Part shown: positions 25,993-35,613 of the stretch, piece by piece
Position numbering within the stretch: position 1 is the first letter of the stretch
Layout of the letters: each line of letters starts with the position of its first letter
From: a virus
Reading direction: 5' to 3' (one strand)
Virus record (IMG/VR): IMGVR_UViG_3300047095_000666
Location: 1-64,000 of that record
Length of the DNA: 64,000 bases
Made by a program: the position numbers and the translations under genes
The notes under the pieces: model-generated
The model's input: the letters and a program-made list of their open reading frames with translations, nothing else
Told to the model about the DNA's origin: nothing
The model's database searches: none

Positions 25993-26691
25993 TTAAGCCG
26001 CTTCGCGCTTCGGCATGTGACGAGCAGCGAGAACGGCGAAGACGACGGCAGCGAAGCCGACGATCTTGTAGGACAGATGAGTCCAGTCGCCGGTCACATG
26101 ATGGACGCGAGCCATGTAGTCTGCCAGCAGCGGATCGGAGATCATCATCTCCGCACCGACCCAGCCGAGCAGCCCTGCACCGACCCAGATGATGATCGGG
26201 AACTTGTCCATCAGCTTCATGATGCCTTGAGCGCCGAACACGATGATCGGGATCGAGAGCACGATGCCAGCGATGGCGTAGGCGTTGCTGTGGGTACCGG
26301 CTGACTGCGCTGCACCTGCCACGGCGAGTACGTTGTCGAGAGACATCATGAAGTCAGCGATGATGATCGTCTTGACAGCACCCCAGATGTGCTGGGAGGA
26401 TGCGACCTCGTGCTCGTCGTCGTTCTCAGACAGGAGCTTGTAGCCGATCCAGAGCAGGTAGCCACCTGCAACCAGCTTGACTGCCGTGATGTCCATGAGA
26501 TAGGATGCGAAGACCAGCAGCACGGCTCGGAGGATCACAGCACCGGCGGTGCCGTAGATCACGGCGCGACTGCGAAGAGCAGCGGGGAGGGAGGCGCAGG
26601 CCAGAGCGATCACTACGGCGTTGTCAACGCCGAGCATGATGTCGATGCCGACGATCTTCAGGATCGCAGAAAAATCGATGGTGAAGTCCAT
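25993..26691 (-). CDS. terC: TerC family (YjbE-like) membrane protein
   Basis: IDIMLGVDNAVVIALAC, IIIADFMMSLDNVLAVAGAA, multiple TM segments. Confidence 0.95.
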   Translation of the reverse strand: MDFTIDFSAILKIVGIDIMLGVDNAVVIALACASLPAALRSRAVIYGTAGAVILRAVLLVFASYLMDITAVKLVAGGYLLWIGYKLLSENDDEHEVASSQHIWGAVKTIIIADFMMSLDNVLAVAGAAQSAGTHSNAYAIAGIVLSIPIIVFGAQGIMKLMDKFPIIIWVGAGLLGWVGAEMMISDPLLADYMARVHHVTGDWTHLSYKIVGFAAVVFAVLAARHMPKREAA

Positions 26692-26760
26692 TTGTGTTAC
26701 CTTTCGTTGCAGATAGAAATGAAACCCCCATGAGAGTTCTCATGGGGGATCGTGTTGACC

Positions 26761-27012
26761 TTAGCCTTGCTGGCTGTCGGTCGGGGCGGCAGGCGCTTCA
26801 GCGCCTTGGGGGGCTTCCGGAGCTTCCGGCGCAGCAGCGACGACGAAGGTCACTACGGTCATGGCACCGTTGGGAACGGGCTGAACCTTGGTGGCGACGT
26901 GTTGCACTTGCTGCGGTTGCAGACCGGAGACTTGAGCGTAACGCTCCAGCACCAGTTCAGCGATTTCTGCCTCGGTCAGAGAGAGGCTCTTGGTTTCGTA
27001 GAGTTGCGGCAT
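26761..27012 (-). CDS. Small hypothetical protein
   Basis: AAGGA SD; Ala/Pro-rich tail. Confidence 0.65.
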   Translation of the reverse strand: MPQLYETKSLSLTEAEIAELVLERYAQVSGLQPQQVQHVATKVQPVPNGAMTVVTFVVAAAPEAPEAPQGAEAPAAPTDSQQG

Positions 27013-27022
27013 TGCCTTTTCC

Positions 27023-27760
27023 TTAGTTGAAGAGTTCGAAACGGCAGCGCATCACACCTTCCGTCCACTTCTGGACGAGGTGGGGATGGATGGGCTTGAC
27101 GTTGTTGTGCTTTGCTACCTTCTTGTTTGCCGGGACAAGTTTGCCCTTTTCACGCTTCGGAGGTTGATGCTTGATGAAGAGATCGTCCAAGTCAATGTCG
27201 AAGCTTTCCTTCATGTACGCGATGACTTCGCGGGACATGTCGTGTCCGTTCTCCAGAACCAGCTTCTTGACCTTCTCGATGCGCTTCTCAAGGAGCTGGT
27301 CGTCGTTACTGAAGATCTCGATGGCCTCGTTGCGGAGCATGATCCGCTTGATCTGAGCCGTGACGTCCTCTTCGGATTCTTCGTTCTTCTCCTGCTTTTT
27401 CTTCTTCGGGGCGGGAGCAGTTTCTTCCTCCTCGTCGGCTTCCCAGAGGAGTTCCTTGATCTGGTGCTCTTCGTTCTGGAGGCTGACCGCGACTGCGCGG
27501 CCTTCCTCCGTGGTGGTCACGGTGATGTGCAGGAATTCGTCCACGAAGTTCTTCTTGAGGAAGTCTTCGTGGACGACGAGCACGGTGCCCTCACTCACCA
27601 AAACGTAGTCGCCGATGGAGACACGCTGCTTGGTATCATTGACCAAATACTCGTCACCTTTGTACTTCTTGCAGAGATTCTTCAGAACCTCATTTTCCTT
27701 CCAAGCGTCGGTGAACTGGTGTGCTTCGAAGGGGGTATTCATTCTCGCAAAGACTTGCAT
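27023..27760 (-). CDS. Hypothetical protein
   Basis: GAAAGGAA SD; early promoter motif at 27816-27827. Confidence 0.75.
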   Translation of the reverse strand: MQVFARMNTPFEAHQFTDAWKENEVLKNLCKKYKGDEYLVNDTKQRVSIGDYVLVSEGTVLVVHEDFLKKNFVDEFLHITVTTTEEGRAVAVSLQNEEHQIKELLWEADEEEETAPAPKKKKQEKNEESEEDVTAQIKRIMLRNEAIEIFSNDDQLLEKRIEKVKKLVLENGHDMSREVIAYMKESFDIDLDDLFIKHQPPKREKGKLVPANKKVAKHNNVKPIHPHLVQKWTEGVMRCRFELFN

Positions 27761-27815
27761 TGCCTTTTCCTTTCAACAGTGGATTCTACGGCGATATCAA
27801 TGTATCTCCAGTAAG

Positions 27816-27827
27816 ATAATATATCGA
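27816..27827 (-). promoter_or_regulatory. Putative early promoter (TCGATATATTAT)
   Basis: Recurrent motif following a terminator. Confidence 0.55.
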
Positions 27828-27898
27828 CGATTTTCTTGTGGTTTCGAAAAAAAAAAGAGGGAAGCTTTCGCCTCCCTCCTTCTCACGCTAAGACTCCG

Positions 27899-28633
27899 TC
27901 AGACAGAGAAGATGACTTCCATCGCCTTCTCGTAGACGCCATCAGCGGGGTCGATGATTCCCTCGATCGCCATACCGTTCTGTTCTACTGCCGCAAACTG
28001 TACGGCTTCGGAAGGCTCATTGATGTGCTCGATCGCGAGGCCGTTCTGGCGCACAGCAGTCAGCTGCACGTCTTCCGAGGGATCCTCGATGTGCTCGATC
28101 GCGAGACCATTCTGAGCGACAGCGGCGAGCTTCATTGCCTCGGAGGGATCCTCGATGTGCTCGATCGCTTCCCCGTCAGAGGTCAGAGCCAGCATGATGA
28201 GTTCCTCGCTCATGTGCTCTTCAGGAACGTGCTCGATCGCGAGGCCGTCAGTGGCGACGGCCAGCTGCGCCAGCTCGGCGTCCAAATCCTCCGAGTAGAG
28301 GTGCTGGATGACCGAAGGATCAGCCTTGATCGCGACCTCCAGAGCAGCGCGGGAGCGATTCTCTGCCACCTGAGTGATGCTGTAGGGGTTCTGCTCGGCG
28401 GCTGCGATCTGCACTGCCTCCGAAGGATCCTCGATGTACGAGATGGCGATGCCGTCCTTCCGGACAGCAGTCAGCTGCACGTCTTCCGAGGGATCCTCGA
28501 TGTGGAGGATTGCCTTCGGATCCTGCTCCACGGCAGCGAGCTGCACTGCCTCCGAAGGGTCTTCGATGAAGCGAATCGCGTTGCCGTTCTTTTTCACGGC
28601 TGCGAGCTTCTGCTTCTCTGTGATTTTGGCCAT
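27899..28633 (-). CDS. DUF4116-like tandem repeat protein
   Basis: About ten ~22 aa repeats of AIEHIEDPSEAVQLAAVxQNGL. Confidence 0.8.
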   Translation of the reverse strand: MAKITEKQKLAAVKKNGNAIRFIEDPSEAVQLAAVEQDPKAILHIEDPSEDVQLTAVRKDGIAISYIEDPSEAVQIAAAEQNPYSITQVAENRSRAALEVAIKADPSVIQHLYSEDLDAELAQLAVATDGLAIEHVPEEHMSEELIMLALTSDGEAIEHIEDPSEAMKLAAVAQNGLAIEHIEDPSEDVQLTAVRQNGLAIEHINEPSEAVQFAAVEQNGMAIEGIIDPADGVYEKAMEVIFSV

Positions 28634-28646
28634 TCGATTTCCTTTC

Positions 28647-31094
28647 TCAAATGTTGACCACGGTGATTGAGGAGATCTCGTCGTCCTCGTTCAGCTTCAT
28701 GATAGTCGAACCCTTGGCCTGACGACCGAGGGTTGCGACCTGCTCCGAGACGATCTTGATCGTCTTGTTGCTCTTGGCGGTGATGATCACCTGCTCGTTG
28801 GCACGGATTCCGACCGTCTTGCAGAGCTTGTCCTCGGGGTACAGCTTGATCGCGAGGAACGAAGCGCCTTGACCGGACTCCGTCTTCTTGTAGAGCAGAT
28901 CGGAGATCTTCACCATCTTGCCCTTGCCCTTGGTCGTGATGAACAGCACGAAGGAGCTGTCTTCTTCCGACACAGAGCTCGGGACTGCTGCCACGCAGCG
29001 TTCGCCCTTCTCCTTCAGGCGAATCATCTTCCGCCCCATCGAGGGACGGCGCTGCAGCGGAAGCTTAGACACGAGGATCTTGGACGCGTATCCCCGAGAA
29101 GTCGTCAGCACCACCACGTCGTTCTCTGGATCCTTTGCATGGACCACGGACACCAGCGTCTCGTCTCCTTCGAGAGCTACAACCAGAAGACCGTCTGCGG
29201 GCATGCGCTGCGGACGGCACTCTTCCAGCGGTACACGCTTGGTGAGAGACGAGGAGGTCACGAAGACCAGATCGCCCTTGTCGTCCGGGGTGACCGGGAC
29301 CAGCGAGGCGATGCGCTTGGAGCCGAGACCGTCGATCACGTTGCTCAGATGGACGTTGTTCACGTTCAGCTGGAAAGCGTGCGCGACGAAGAGCTTACCG
29401 TCCTCGGTGAACACGAAGAGCTTGTCGTGACTGTTGAGCACGACGGACTTCTCGACCACCTTGTTCCGCTTGCTGTCGATCAGTAGCTGGCCCTTGTTCC
29501 CCTTGTTGCCGTCCTTCAGCTCGTGGACAGGAGTCGAGAAGACGTAGCCGTCCGTGGTGATCGCCACCAGCAGGTCTTCTTCTTCGATCAGGTCGGTGAC
29601 CTCCATCTTGCCGACGTTCAGCAGCTTGGTCTTTCGCTTGACGTCGTGCTTCTTGACGAGGGTCTCCAGTTCGTCCTTGATGATCGCGTCGATCATCTCG
29701 GCATCCTTGAGGACTTCCTCGTAGTTGGAAGCTTCTTCCTGCTTCTCCTTCAGCTCCTTCTGGAGCTTGTCGATCTCCAGCCCGGAGAGCTTGTAGAGCT
29801 GCTGCTCGACGATGTAGGTGGCCTCCTTCTCGGCGAAGGCGTACTTCTTCATCAGAGCTTGCTTGGCACCTTCTTTGTCGCTGGACTTCTTGATCAGCGC
29901 GATGATTGCGTCGATGTCTTTGTTGGCCTTGATGAGTGCCTTCAGGATCGTGATGCGTTCGAGAGTCTTGCCGATCAGGTAGATGTACAGGCGGCGCACG
30001 GTGCGGCGGCGGTAGTCGATCCAGCCTTGGACGATGAAGTCGAGCGGGGCGTTCGAGGTGAACTTCCCGTCGGCCAGCACGTTCATCATGTACTTGTGGG
30101 AGTACGTCATGCTGGTGTTCTCGAAGATCAGGTTCTTCAGCACCGGCAAGGAGACGCCGCGCTTCGGGTACACCACGATCTCGACGTCCTTCTTCGCGGA
30201 GAAGTCCTTGATGTCGGAAACCTTGTCCTGCAACAGACCGGGCACCTTCTTCTTGCCCTCTTCCTTCTCCCGGCAGAGAGCGGTGATCTCTTCGACGATC
30301 TTGCCGGTGGTGAGCTTCGGAGGGATCTCCTTGATGATCAGGACTTCCTTGCCTTCGCGCTTGCCTTCCTCGATCACGCCACGGACCCGGATGACCCCGT
30401 TGCCCGCCTCGTAGATCTTCGGAAGGTCGGCGGCGTTGATGATCTCGCCACCGGTCGGGAAGTCAGGACCCTTCAGCACCTTGGCAAGAGCCTTGCTGTC
30501 CAGACTCGGATCGTCGATCTTGGCGATCGCGGTGCGGCAGATGTCGCTGACGGCGTGGATCGGGATGTCGGTGGCGTAGGCGGAGCCGATGCCCATCATC
30601 CCGGAGTTCAGGATCACAGGGAACTTCGAGGGCAGGGTGACGGCGATCTTCGCCGACTTGTCGTAGTTGTCTTCGTAGTCGACGATTTCCTTCTCGATGT
30701 TGTCGAACAGGGCGTCCTTCGAGAAGCTGGACAGTTTCAGTTCGAGGTACCGCTGGGCGGCGTAGGGCTTGCCCTGCAGGGTGCCGTTGTTGCCCTGAGC
30801 CTCGATGAAGTTGACTTGGTTCTTCCACCACTGGGACAGACCGACCATCGAGTCGTACAGAGACAGGTCGCCGTGAGGGTGGTACATGGACACCGTGACG
30901 CCGGTGTAGTACGCCGCCTTCTTGAAGCCGCTGATGTTCTCCTTGTGGAAGGTGTACAGGATGCGGCGGTTGACAGGGGTCAGCCCGTCTTCGAGAGAAG
31001 GGATTGCGCGGGAGATGAGGACCGATGCGCCATAGATGGAGTAGGCTTCCGAGAAAGCTTCTTCGATCGGACGGTCGATGATGACTTCAGCCAT
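28647..31094 (-). CDS. gyrA: DNA gyrase / type IIA topoisomerase subunit A
   Basis: SRAIPSLEDGLTPVNRRIL, YHPHGD, AAQRY (catalytic Tyr), GPDFPTGG, C-terminal pinwheel blades. Confidence 0.95.
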   Translation of the reverse strand: MAEVIIDRPIEEAFSEAYSIYGASVLISRAIPSLEDGLTPVNRRILYTFHKENISGFKKAAYYTGVTVSMYHPHGDLSLYDSMVGLSQWWKNQVNFIEAQGNNGTLQGKPYAAQRYLELKLSSFSKDALFDNIEKEIVDYEDNYDKSAKIAVTLPSKFPVILNSGMMGIGSAYATDIPIHAVSDICRTAIAKIDDPSLDSKALAKVLKGPDFPTGGEIINAADLPKIYEAGNGVIRVRGVIEEGKREGKEVLIIKEIPPKLTTGKIVEEITALCREKEEGKKKVPGLLQDKVSDIKDFSAKKDVEIVVYPKRGVSLPVLKNLIFENTSMTYSHKYMMNVLADGKFTSNAPLDFIVQGWIDYRRRTVRRLYIYLIGKTLERITILKALIKANKDIDAIIALIKKSSDKEGAKQALMKKYAFAEKEATYIVEQQLYKLSGLEIDKLQKELKEKQEEASNYEEVLKDAEMIDAIIKDELETLVKKHDVKRKTKLLNVGKMEVTDLIEEEDLLVAITTDGYVFSTPVHELKDGNKGNKGQLLIDSKRNKVVEKSVVLNSHDKLFVFTEDGKLFVAHAFQLNVNNVHLSNVIDGLGSKRIASLVPVTPDDKGDLVFVTSSSLTKRVPLEECRPQRMPADGLLVVALEGDETLVSVVHAKDPENDVVVLTTSRGYASKILVSKLPLQRRPSMGRKMIRLKEKGERCVAAVPSSVSEEDSSFVLFITTKGKGKMVKISDLLYKKTESGQGASFLAIKLYPEDKLCKTVGIRANEQVIITAKSNKTIKIVSEQVATLGRQAKGSTIMKLNEDDEISSITVVNI

Positions 31095-31115
31095 GTTTGC
31101 CTTTCGTTTTGAAAT

Positions 31116-31338
31116 TGGTGTCGCCCTTAGGGCTTTTTGTGAATTAGCCGTTGCAGACTAGATTGCTGTTCGGCCATGACTAAGATGGAATTTTTGCACG
31201 TTCTTAGCGTGAATCGGCACCACCGGCTCGTGACCGGGTAGGCAGATTTCCCTTACGCAATCGGCGGCGGTCGTCGTCGTTCGCGTCGTCTTCGGATTCT
31301 GTGTGACTCTTCATGGAACTCTCCTAATGAGGACACCA
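31116..31338 (-). ncRNA. Candidate structured RNA or 5' leader of gyrA
   Basis: Ends pair (TGGTGTC/GACACCA); internal helices CCATGA/TCATGG, GAATC/GATTC, CACG/CGTG, GCCC/GGGC; starts right after an early promoter motif. Confidence 0.4.
31204..31314 (-). CDS. Possible 36 aa leader peptide (MKSHTESEDDANDDDRRRLRKGNLPTRSRAGGADSR)
   Basis: AGGAG SD 6 nt before ATG; below the ORF-track size cutoff. Confidence 0.35.
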   Translation of the reverse strand: MKSHTESEDDANDDDRRRLRKGNLPTRSRAGGADSR

Positions 31339-31340
31339 GC

Positions 31341-31350
31341 ATAATATATT
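31341..31350 (-). promoter_or_regulatory. Putative early promoter (AATATATTAT)
   Basis: Recurrent motif. Confidence 0.55.
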
Positions 31351-31412
31351 CATAAACACAAGGATGAAAAAAGACCGAAACTAATATATAACTAAACCAT
31401 TCGGGTGCTATC

Positions 31413-31889
31413 ATGCCTGTGTTTCTTACCGAAAGAGAAAGAAGAGAGAAGAGCAAGCCGGTCAGACACCGGATAGAGGTTCTGGTGATGAAGGGCGGGA
31501 AAGTGCTCGTCGCCAAGTACCTCCGCCGAACCACCGGAGACGAGTTCTACTCTCTCCCCGGAGGAGGGATCGAGCACGGAGAGACCGAAGAGCAGGCAAT
31601 CCGAAGAGAGCTGTTGGAGGAGATCGGCGTCAAGGTCAGATCCATCAGGGATCTCAACGTGATGACCACATCCCCTCCACCGTACTTCATCCCCAACTAC
31701 AGATACAGTAAGGTCGTGACGTCGTGGTTCAGCGCAATCTACGACGGAGAAGACCTGTCCCGCTTCAACACGGCCAACGACGGGAGCACTGAGCGCCTGT
31801 GGCTCGACAAGAAGGACGCACTCCTCTATGTCAATGACAGTCTCTACGCCGAGGGCGCGATACGCGCAATCAACCGAGCGATGCAATGA
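31413..31889 (+). CDS. Nudix hydrolase
   Basis: LPGGGIEHGETEEQAIRRELLEEIG Nudix box. Confidence 0.93.
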   Translation: MPVFLTERERREKSKPVRHRIEVLVMKGGKVLVAKYLRRTTGDEFYSLPGGGIEHGETEEQAIRRELLEEIGVKVRSIRDLNVMTTSPPPYFIPNYRYSKVVTSWFSAIYDGEDLSRFNTANDGSTERLWLDKKDALLYVNDSLYAEGAIRAINRAMQ

Positions 31890-31939
31890 AAAAAAAAAGA
31901 GGTCGTATGGGAAATCCCCATACGACCTCTTCATGCCGC

Positions 31940-32236
31940 TCAGAGCGCGGCAAGCTCTTGTCTCAACGAACTTATACCTCCGTGGACGTACCTGAGCGTG
32001 ACTCCGTCGCTCATGTACTCCTTGAGGGTCTCTTGCGAGTTGTGAGAGATCCACTTCGTCATCAGAACGATGACGTCAGAGATCTTCGCCACCTTCTGTA
32101 GGCGGGCTGACCTGCAATCGCTCGACTCTACGTTCAATTCGAGCTTCTCACCGAACTCCTTCTCTATCATCTGTGCGTCCCGACCCTTACACAAGCCGAT
32201 GATCGAGACGCGGGGTTTGCGGACGGGCTTTTCCAT
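31940..32236 (-). CDS. DUF2325-like small protein
   Basis: DVIVLMTKWISH ... YVHGGISSL. Confidence 0.6.
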   Translation of the reverse strand: MEKPVRKPRVSIIGLCKGRDAQMIEKEFGEKLELNVESSDCRSARLQKVAKISDVIVLMTKWISHNSQETLKEYMSDGVTLRYVHGGISSLRQELAAL

Positions 32237-32269
32237 GAGGGTTGGCCGAGTTGCCCCGGCCAGTATCCA

Positions 32270-34654
32270 TCAGTAGCTCAGCTCTTCACGATCGAGACCG
32301 TCGAAGATCTCGTTCATGAATTCCTTGCGGAAGTCGACGCGGTTAGATGACATGAAGTTCGTTACGACAGTCTTTGCATCGGCCAGATCGTCCACTCCGA
32401 TGCGGACCAGCTCGCGGTTGTCGGGGCTGAGGGTGGTGTCCCAGAGTTCTTGAGAGTTCGCCTCGCCGAGTCCCTTGAAGCGAAGCACGGAGTACTGCTT
32501 GTTGAGCTGGCTGTTGATAGCCGCCATCCGACCGTAGATCGTGCTGGACGCAATATCCTTGCCGTCAACGCGGTGGATCTCGACTGTCGTGGCCAGATCG
32601 ACGTAGCTGCCCTCGTGCAGCCCGACGAGACTGCCGTAGAACTCTTCGGCGTTCTCGTTCACCACGGCGAGGAAGGTCTCCTCTGCGGTGTCGGAGTCTC
32701 GGTGGAAGCCGACGATGGAGATCTTGTCGTCGTCCACGTCCATCTTCACCTTCTTCTTGTCAAAGCCGAATTCGTAGGTCTCGTTGTCGAAGTTCTTCAG
32801 GAACGCCAGCTCGTAGATGTGCGGGTCCACACGGTACTTGCCAGCCGCCTGCTCCACCTCACGGCAGTACTGGCGGAGCCGACCGAACAGCTTGCGCTTC
32901 ACCTTAGAGGAGGTCACTTCCTTCCCGTCCACGAAGAACTTGAACGTCTTCTCGGCCTCTGCGAGGAAGAAGGCGTCGAGGTCGGCGGTGGTCTTCAGGT
33001 AGATCGGCTTCCGTCCGGCTGCGGTGACGCGGTAGAGCGGCGCTTGAGCGAAGTAGAGCTTCCCAGCTTGTACCAGCGGCTCGAAGAGCTCCAGATAGTT
33101 AGTCAGCATCAGGAGCTTGATGTGGTGTCCGTCGTCGTCGGCGTCGGCGGCGATGATCACCTTGTCGAACTTGCACTTCTCAGAGTCGATGGCTTCCTTG
33201 ACGCCGCAACGCATCACGGAGATCAGGTCTGCCAGCTCCTTATTCTTGTAGATCTTCTCAATGTCAAGACCGAGCGAGTTCAGGGGTTTGCCCTTCAGCT
33301 CGTACACGGCCTGGAAGTTCTTGTCACGACCGTCACAGATGGTGCCTGCTGCAGACGAACCCTCGACGATCCACAGCTCTGCCACGGACGGGTCATCCTT
33401 CAGGCAGTCGGAGAACTTGCTGATGCTGTTCAGGGAACTCAGGAAACCACCGGCTTCCTTCTTCACCGTGTCGAGCGCCCGCTTCGAGGCGATGCGAGCC
33501 TTGGCGGTCAGAGCAAAACGCTCCGCCAGACGCTTCATCTCCTTGGCGTTCTTATCCAGCCACTCGCGGATACCCTTGGAAGCCACGGCGAACACGCATC
33601 CGTTGACCTCGTTGTTGGTCAGCTTCTGCTTGGTCTGGGTGGCGTACTTCGGGTTCAGGACGAACACGGATACGATGGCCGAGAGGCCGTTGTACATGTC
33701 GTCGTTCTCGATGGCCTCCTTGCAGAGCTTGTTGGTCTTGACGTAGTCCGTGAAGTACTGGCTCACGGTGCGCTTGAAGCCGGTGACGTGGACACCACCC
33801 TCGCTAGTGCGGATCGTGTTGGTGAAGGAGTGGATGTCCTCGTCGCGGAAGTCGGTCGTCCAAGTGAAGGAGATCTCCACCTTGACATCCTTGTCGATGC
33901 CGCTGATCGTGATGGGCTTGACGATCTGCTTCTTCGGGTCTACGAACTCCTTGATGAACTCCTCGGTGCCGTGCTCGAACTTCCAGCGGTGGAGCTCGGA
34001 CGATGCCGCCAGCGACTCCTTGTAGGTGATCTCCAGACCGTTGTTGAGGTAGGCGGTCTCGCGGAGGAGCTTGATCACCTCGTCGTTGGCGACGTAGGAC
34101 TCGAACAGCGTCTCATCCAGAGCGAAGTTCACGCTGGTCCCGGACTTGTAACCCTTGACCGGCTTGGCGTTGTTGTCCACCTTGACAGTCTTCTTCAGGC
34201 CCTCGTTGAACTCGATGCGGCCCTCGGACTTATCACGTCGGGAGGTGACGATGAACTTGCTGGAGACGGCATTCACGCAGGACGCACCAACGCCATTCAG
34301 GCCGGTGGTGTACTCGGTCTTGTTCGCGTCGAAGTTGCGACCAGAGTGTAGCTCACCGAAGATCACCTCAAGAGCGTTCTTGCCAGATTCGTGGCGCTGA
34401 AAGGGAACACCGCGACCGTTGTCGGCGACGATGAACTCGTTTTCAGACACCCGAACTACGTTGATCATAGTGCAGTAACCGCGAAGGAACTCGTCCACAG
34501 AATTGTTGACGATCTCGCGGAGGCAGGTCAGGGAGCCGTACTCATCCAGATTCGACAAGTAAATTTGAGGCCGTTTCCGGACGCACTCTGGAAACGGTAA
34601 TTGTTTAATCGAGTCTGCATCATACGTCTCGTTCTTTTTGACTTTCGCGTTCAT
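32270..34654 (-). CDS. gyrB: DNA gyrase / type IIA topoisomerase subunit B
   Basis: YDADSIKQL, EIVNNSVDE, DNGRGVP, GLNGVGAS, VEGSSA, DADDDGHHI, RFKGLGE. Confidence 0.95.
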   Translation of the reverse strand: MNAKVKKNETYDADSIKQLPFPECVRKRPQIYLSNLDEYGSLTCLREIVNNSVDEFLRGYCTMINVVRVSENEFIVADNGRGVPFQRHESGKNALEVIFGELHSGRNFDANKTEYTTGLNGVGASCVNAVSSKFIVTSRRDKSEGRIEFNEGLKKTVKVDNNAKPVKGYKSGTSVNFALDETLFESYVANDEVIKLLRETAYLNNGLEITYKESLAASSELHRWKFEHGTEEFIKEFVDPKKQIVKPITISGIDKDVKVEISFTWTTDFRDEDIHSFTNTIRTSEGGVHVTGFKRTVSQYFTDYVKTNKLCKEAIENDDMYNGLSAIVSVFVLNPKYATQTKQKLTNNEVNGCVFAVASKGIREWLDKNAKEMKRLAERFALTAKARIASKRALDTVKKEAGGFLSSLNSISKFSDCLKDDPSVAELWIVEGSSAAGTICDGRDKNFQAVYELKGKPLNSLGLDIEKIYKNKELADLISVMRCGVKEAIDSEKCKFDKVIIAADADDDGHHIKLLMLTNYLELFEPLVQAGKLYFAQAPLYRVTAAGRKPIYLKTTADLDAFFLAEAEKTFKFFVDGKEVTSSKVKRKLFGRLRQYCREVEQAAGKYRVDPHIYELAFLKNFDNETYEFGFDKKKVKMDVDDDKISIVGFHRDSDTAEETFLAVVNENAEEFYGSLVGLHEGSYVDLATTVEIHRVDGKDIASSTIYGRMAAINSQLNKQYSVLRFKGLGEANSQELWDTTLSPDNRELVRIGVDDLADAKTVVTNFMSSNRVDFRKEFMNEIFDGLDREELSY

Positions 34655-35604
34655 TTTCTTCCTTTCACAAATTGGTCGATTACTTCTCGGATCCTTGTCA
34701 TGTGATCCTCAGTGTAGTCTATCCGGATTAACGTTATGCCGTTTTCTTGGCAAAACGCGTTCTTGATGGAATCTCTTTTAAGCTGGTCTTGCTGAGACTC
34801 TCTCCAGACAGAATTATTGGAAGCAAATTTCATTGGATCATGTTGACTCCCGTCATACTCAACTAAAATGAATTCATTGCCACCGGTATGTATTCCGAAA
34901 TCGAATGCTAATGGTTTTTTATTTCTACATTCATCAAATTTCACTTCTTCTTCAAAGTGTATTCCTTCCTTCAATAGAAAGTCTTTAATTTGAAGATGAG
35001 CTTTGGAGTGTTTTCGCAAAGAATTGCATTTAGGACAACGATCACCACATATGAATCGCATTGGTTTTACGTTGTACTCATGACTTTTACAGGTCTCACT
35101 GTTATGACGGATCAGTATTGGAGTAGCGTTGTTGACGTACTCACCAAGTACTTCGTACTCTCCGCCAGTCATGTTGCTGACTTCTTTAGCAAACACAAAG
35201 GTTGTTTTCTTTTGCCTCTTTGAGCAGATGGGACAAGTTCTTCCTGCGAGTATCTTTACCGGAGCAACTAGGTATGTGTGGCTGGAACCGTTTTCGTCCG
35301 TGTGTTCGACTTCAACTTTTTCTTTGTTATTCACATACCTTCCTATTACCCTGTAAGACTCTCCATGTAGATCTGAAACTTGCTGTACGAAATCCGAGTG
35401 TGTCTTCTTTGGAGTGCCAAAGCATTTAGGACAACGGTCTCCTCTCAGAAATCGTTTAAACGATGTACTAAAGACGTTTCCGCACACCGGATGAAACACT
35501 GAAAGTGTATCCACCGCACGGATATACTCTGAGCTTTTCAACTCATAGCCTTCCTGTGCTATGTAAATTCGCACTTCATCTAAAGTGTGCGGTTTCTTCC
35601 CCAT
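34651..35604 (-). mobile_element. Free-standing putative homing endonuclease (zinc-ribbon repeats plus PD-(D/E)XK/Vsr-like domain)
   Basis: Three CPxC repeats; KPLAFDFGI, VEYDGSQH, D.IKN.FC..NGITLIRI; markedly AT-richer than flanks. Confidence 0.75.
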
Positions 35605-35613
35605 TTCTTCCTT

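Noticed and set aside
31116-31338. tmRNA, suggested by GCG AAC GAC (A-N-D) and a 3' ACCA
   Set aside because: No T-arm, no alanine-type acceptor stem, and the frame does not end in an ALAA-like tag.
29523-34351. Long + strand ORFs (529 aa and 633 aa) opposite gyrA and gyrB, and similar antisense ORFs at 39894-41081, 41587-43449 and 44229-45929
   Set aside because: These are shadow frames produced by strong C/G third-position bias. They have no motifs and no RBS, and they almost entirely overlap well-supported genes.
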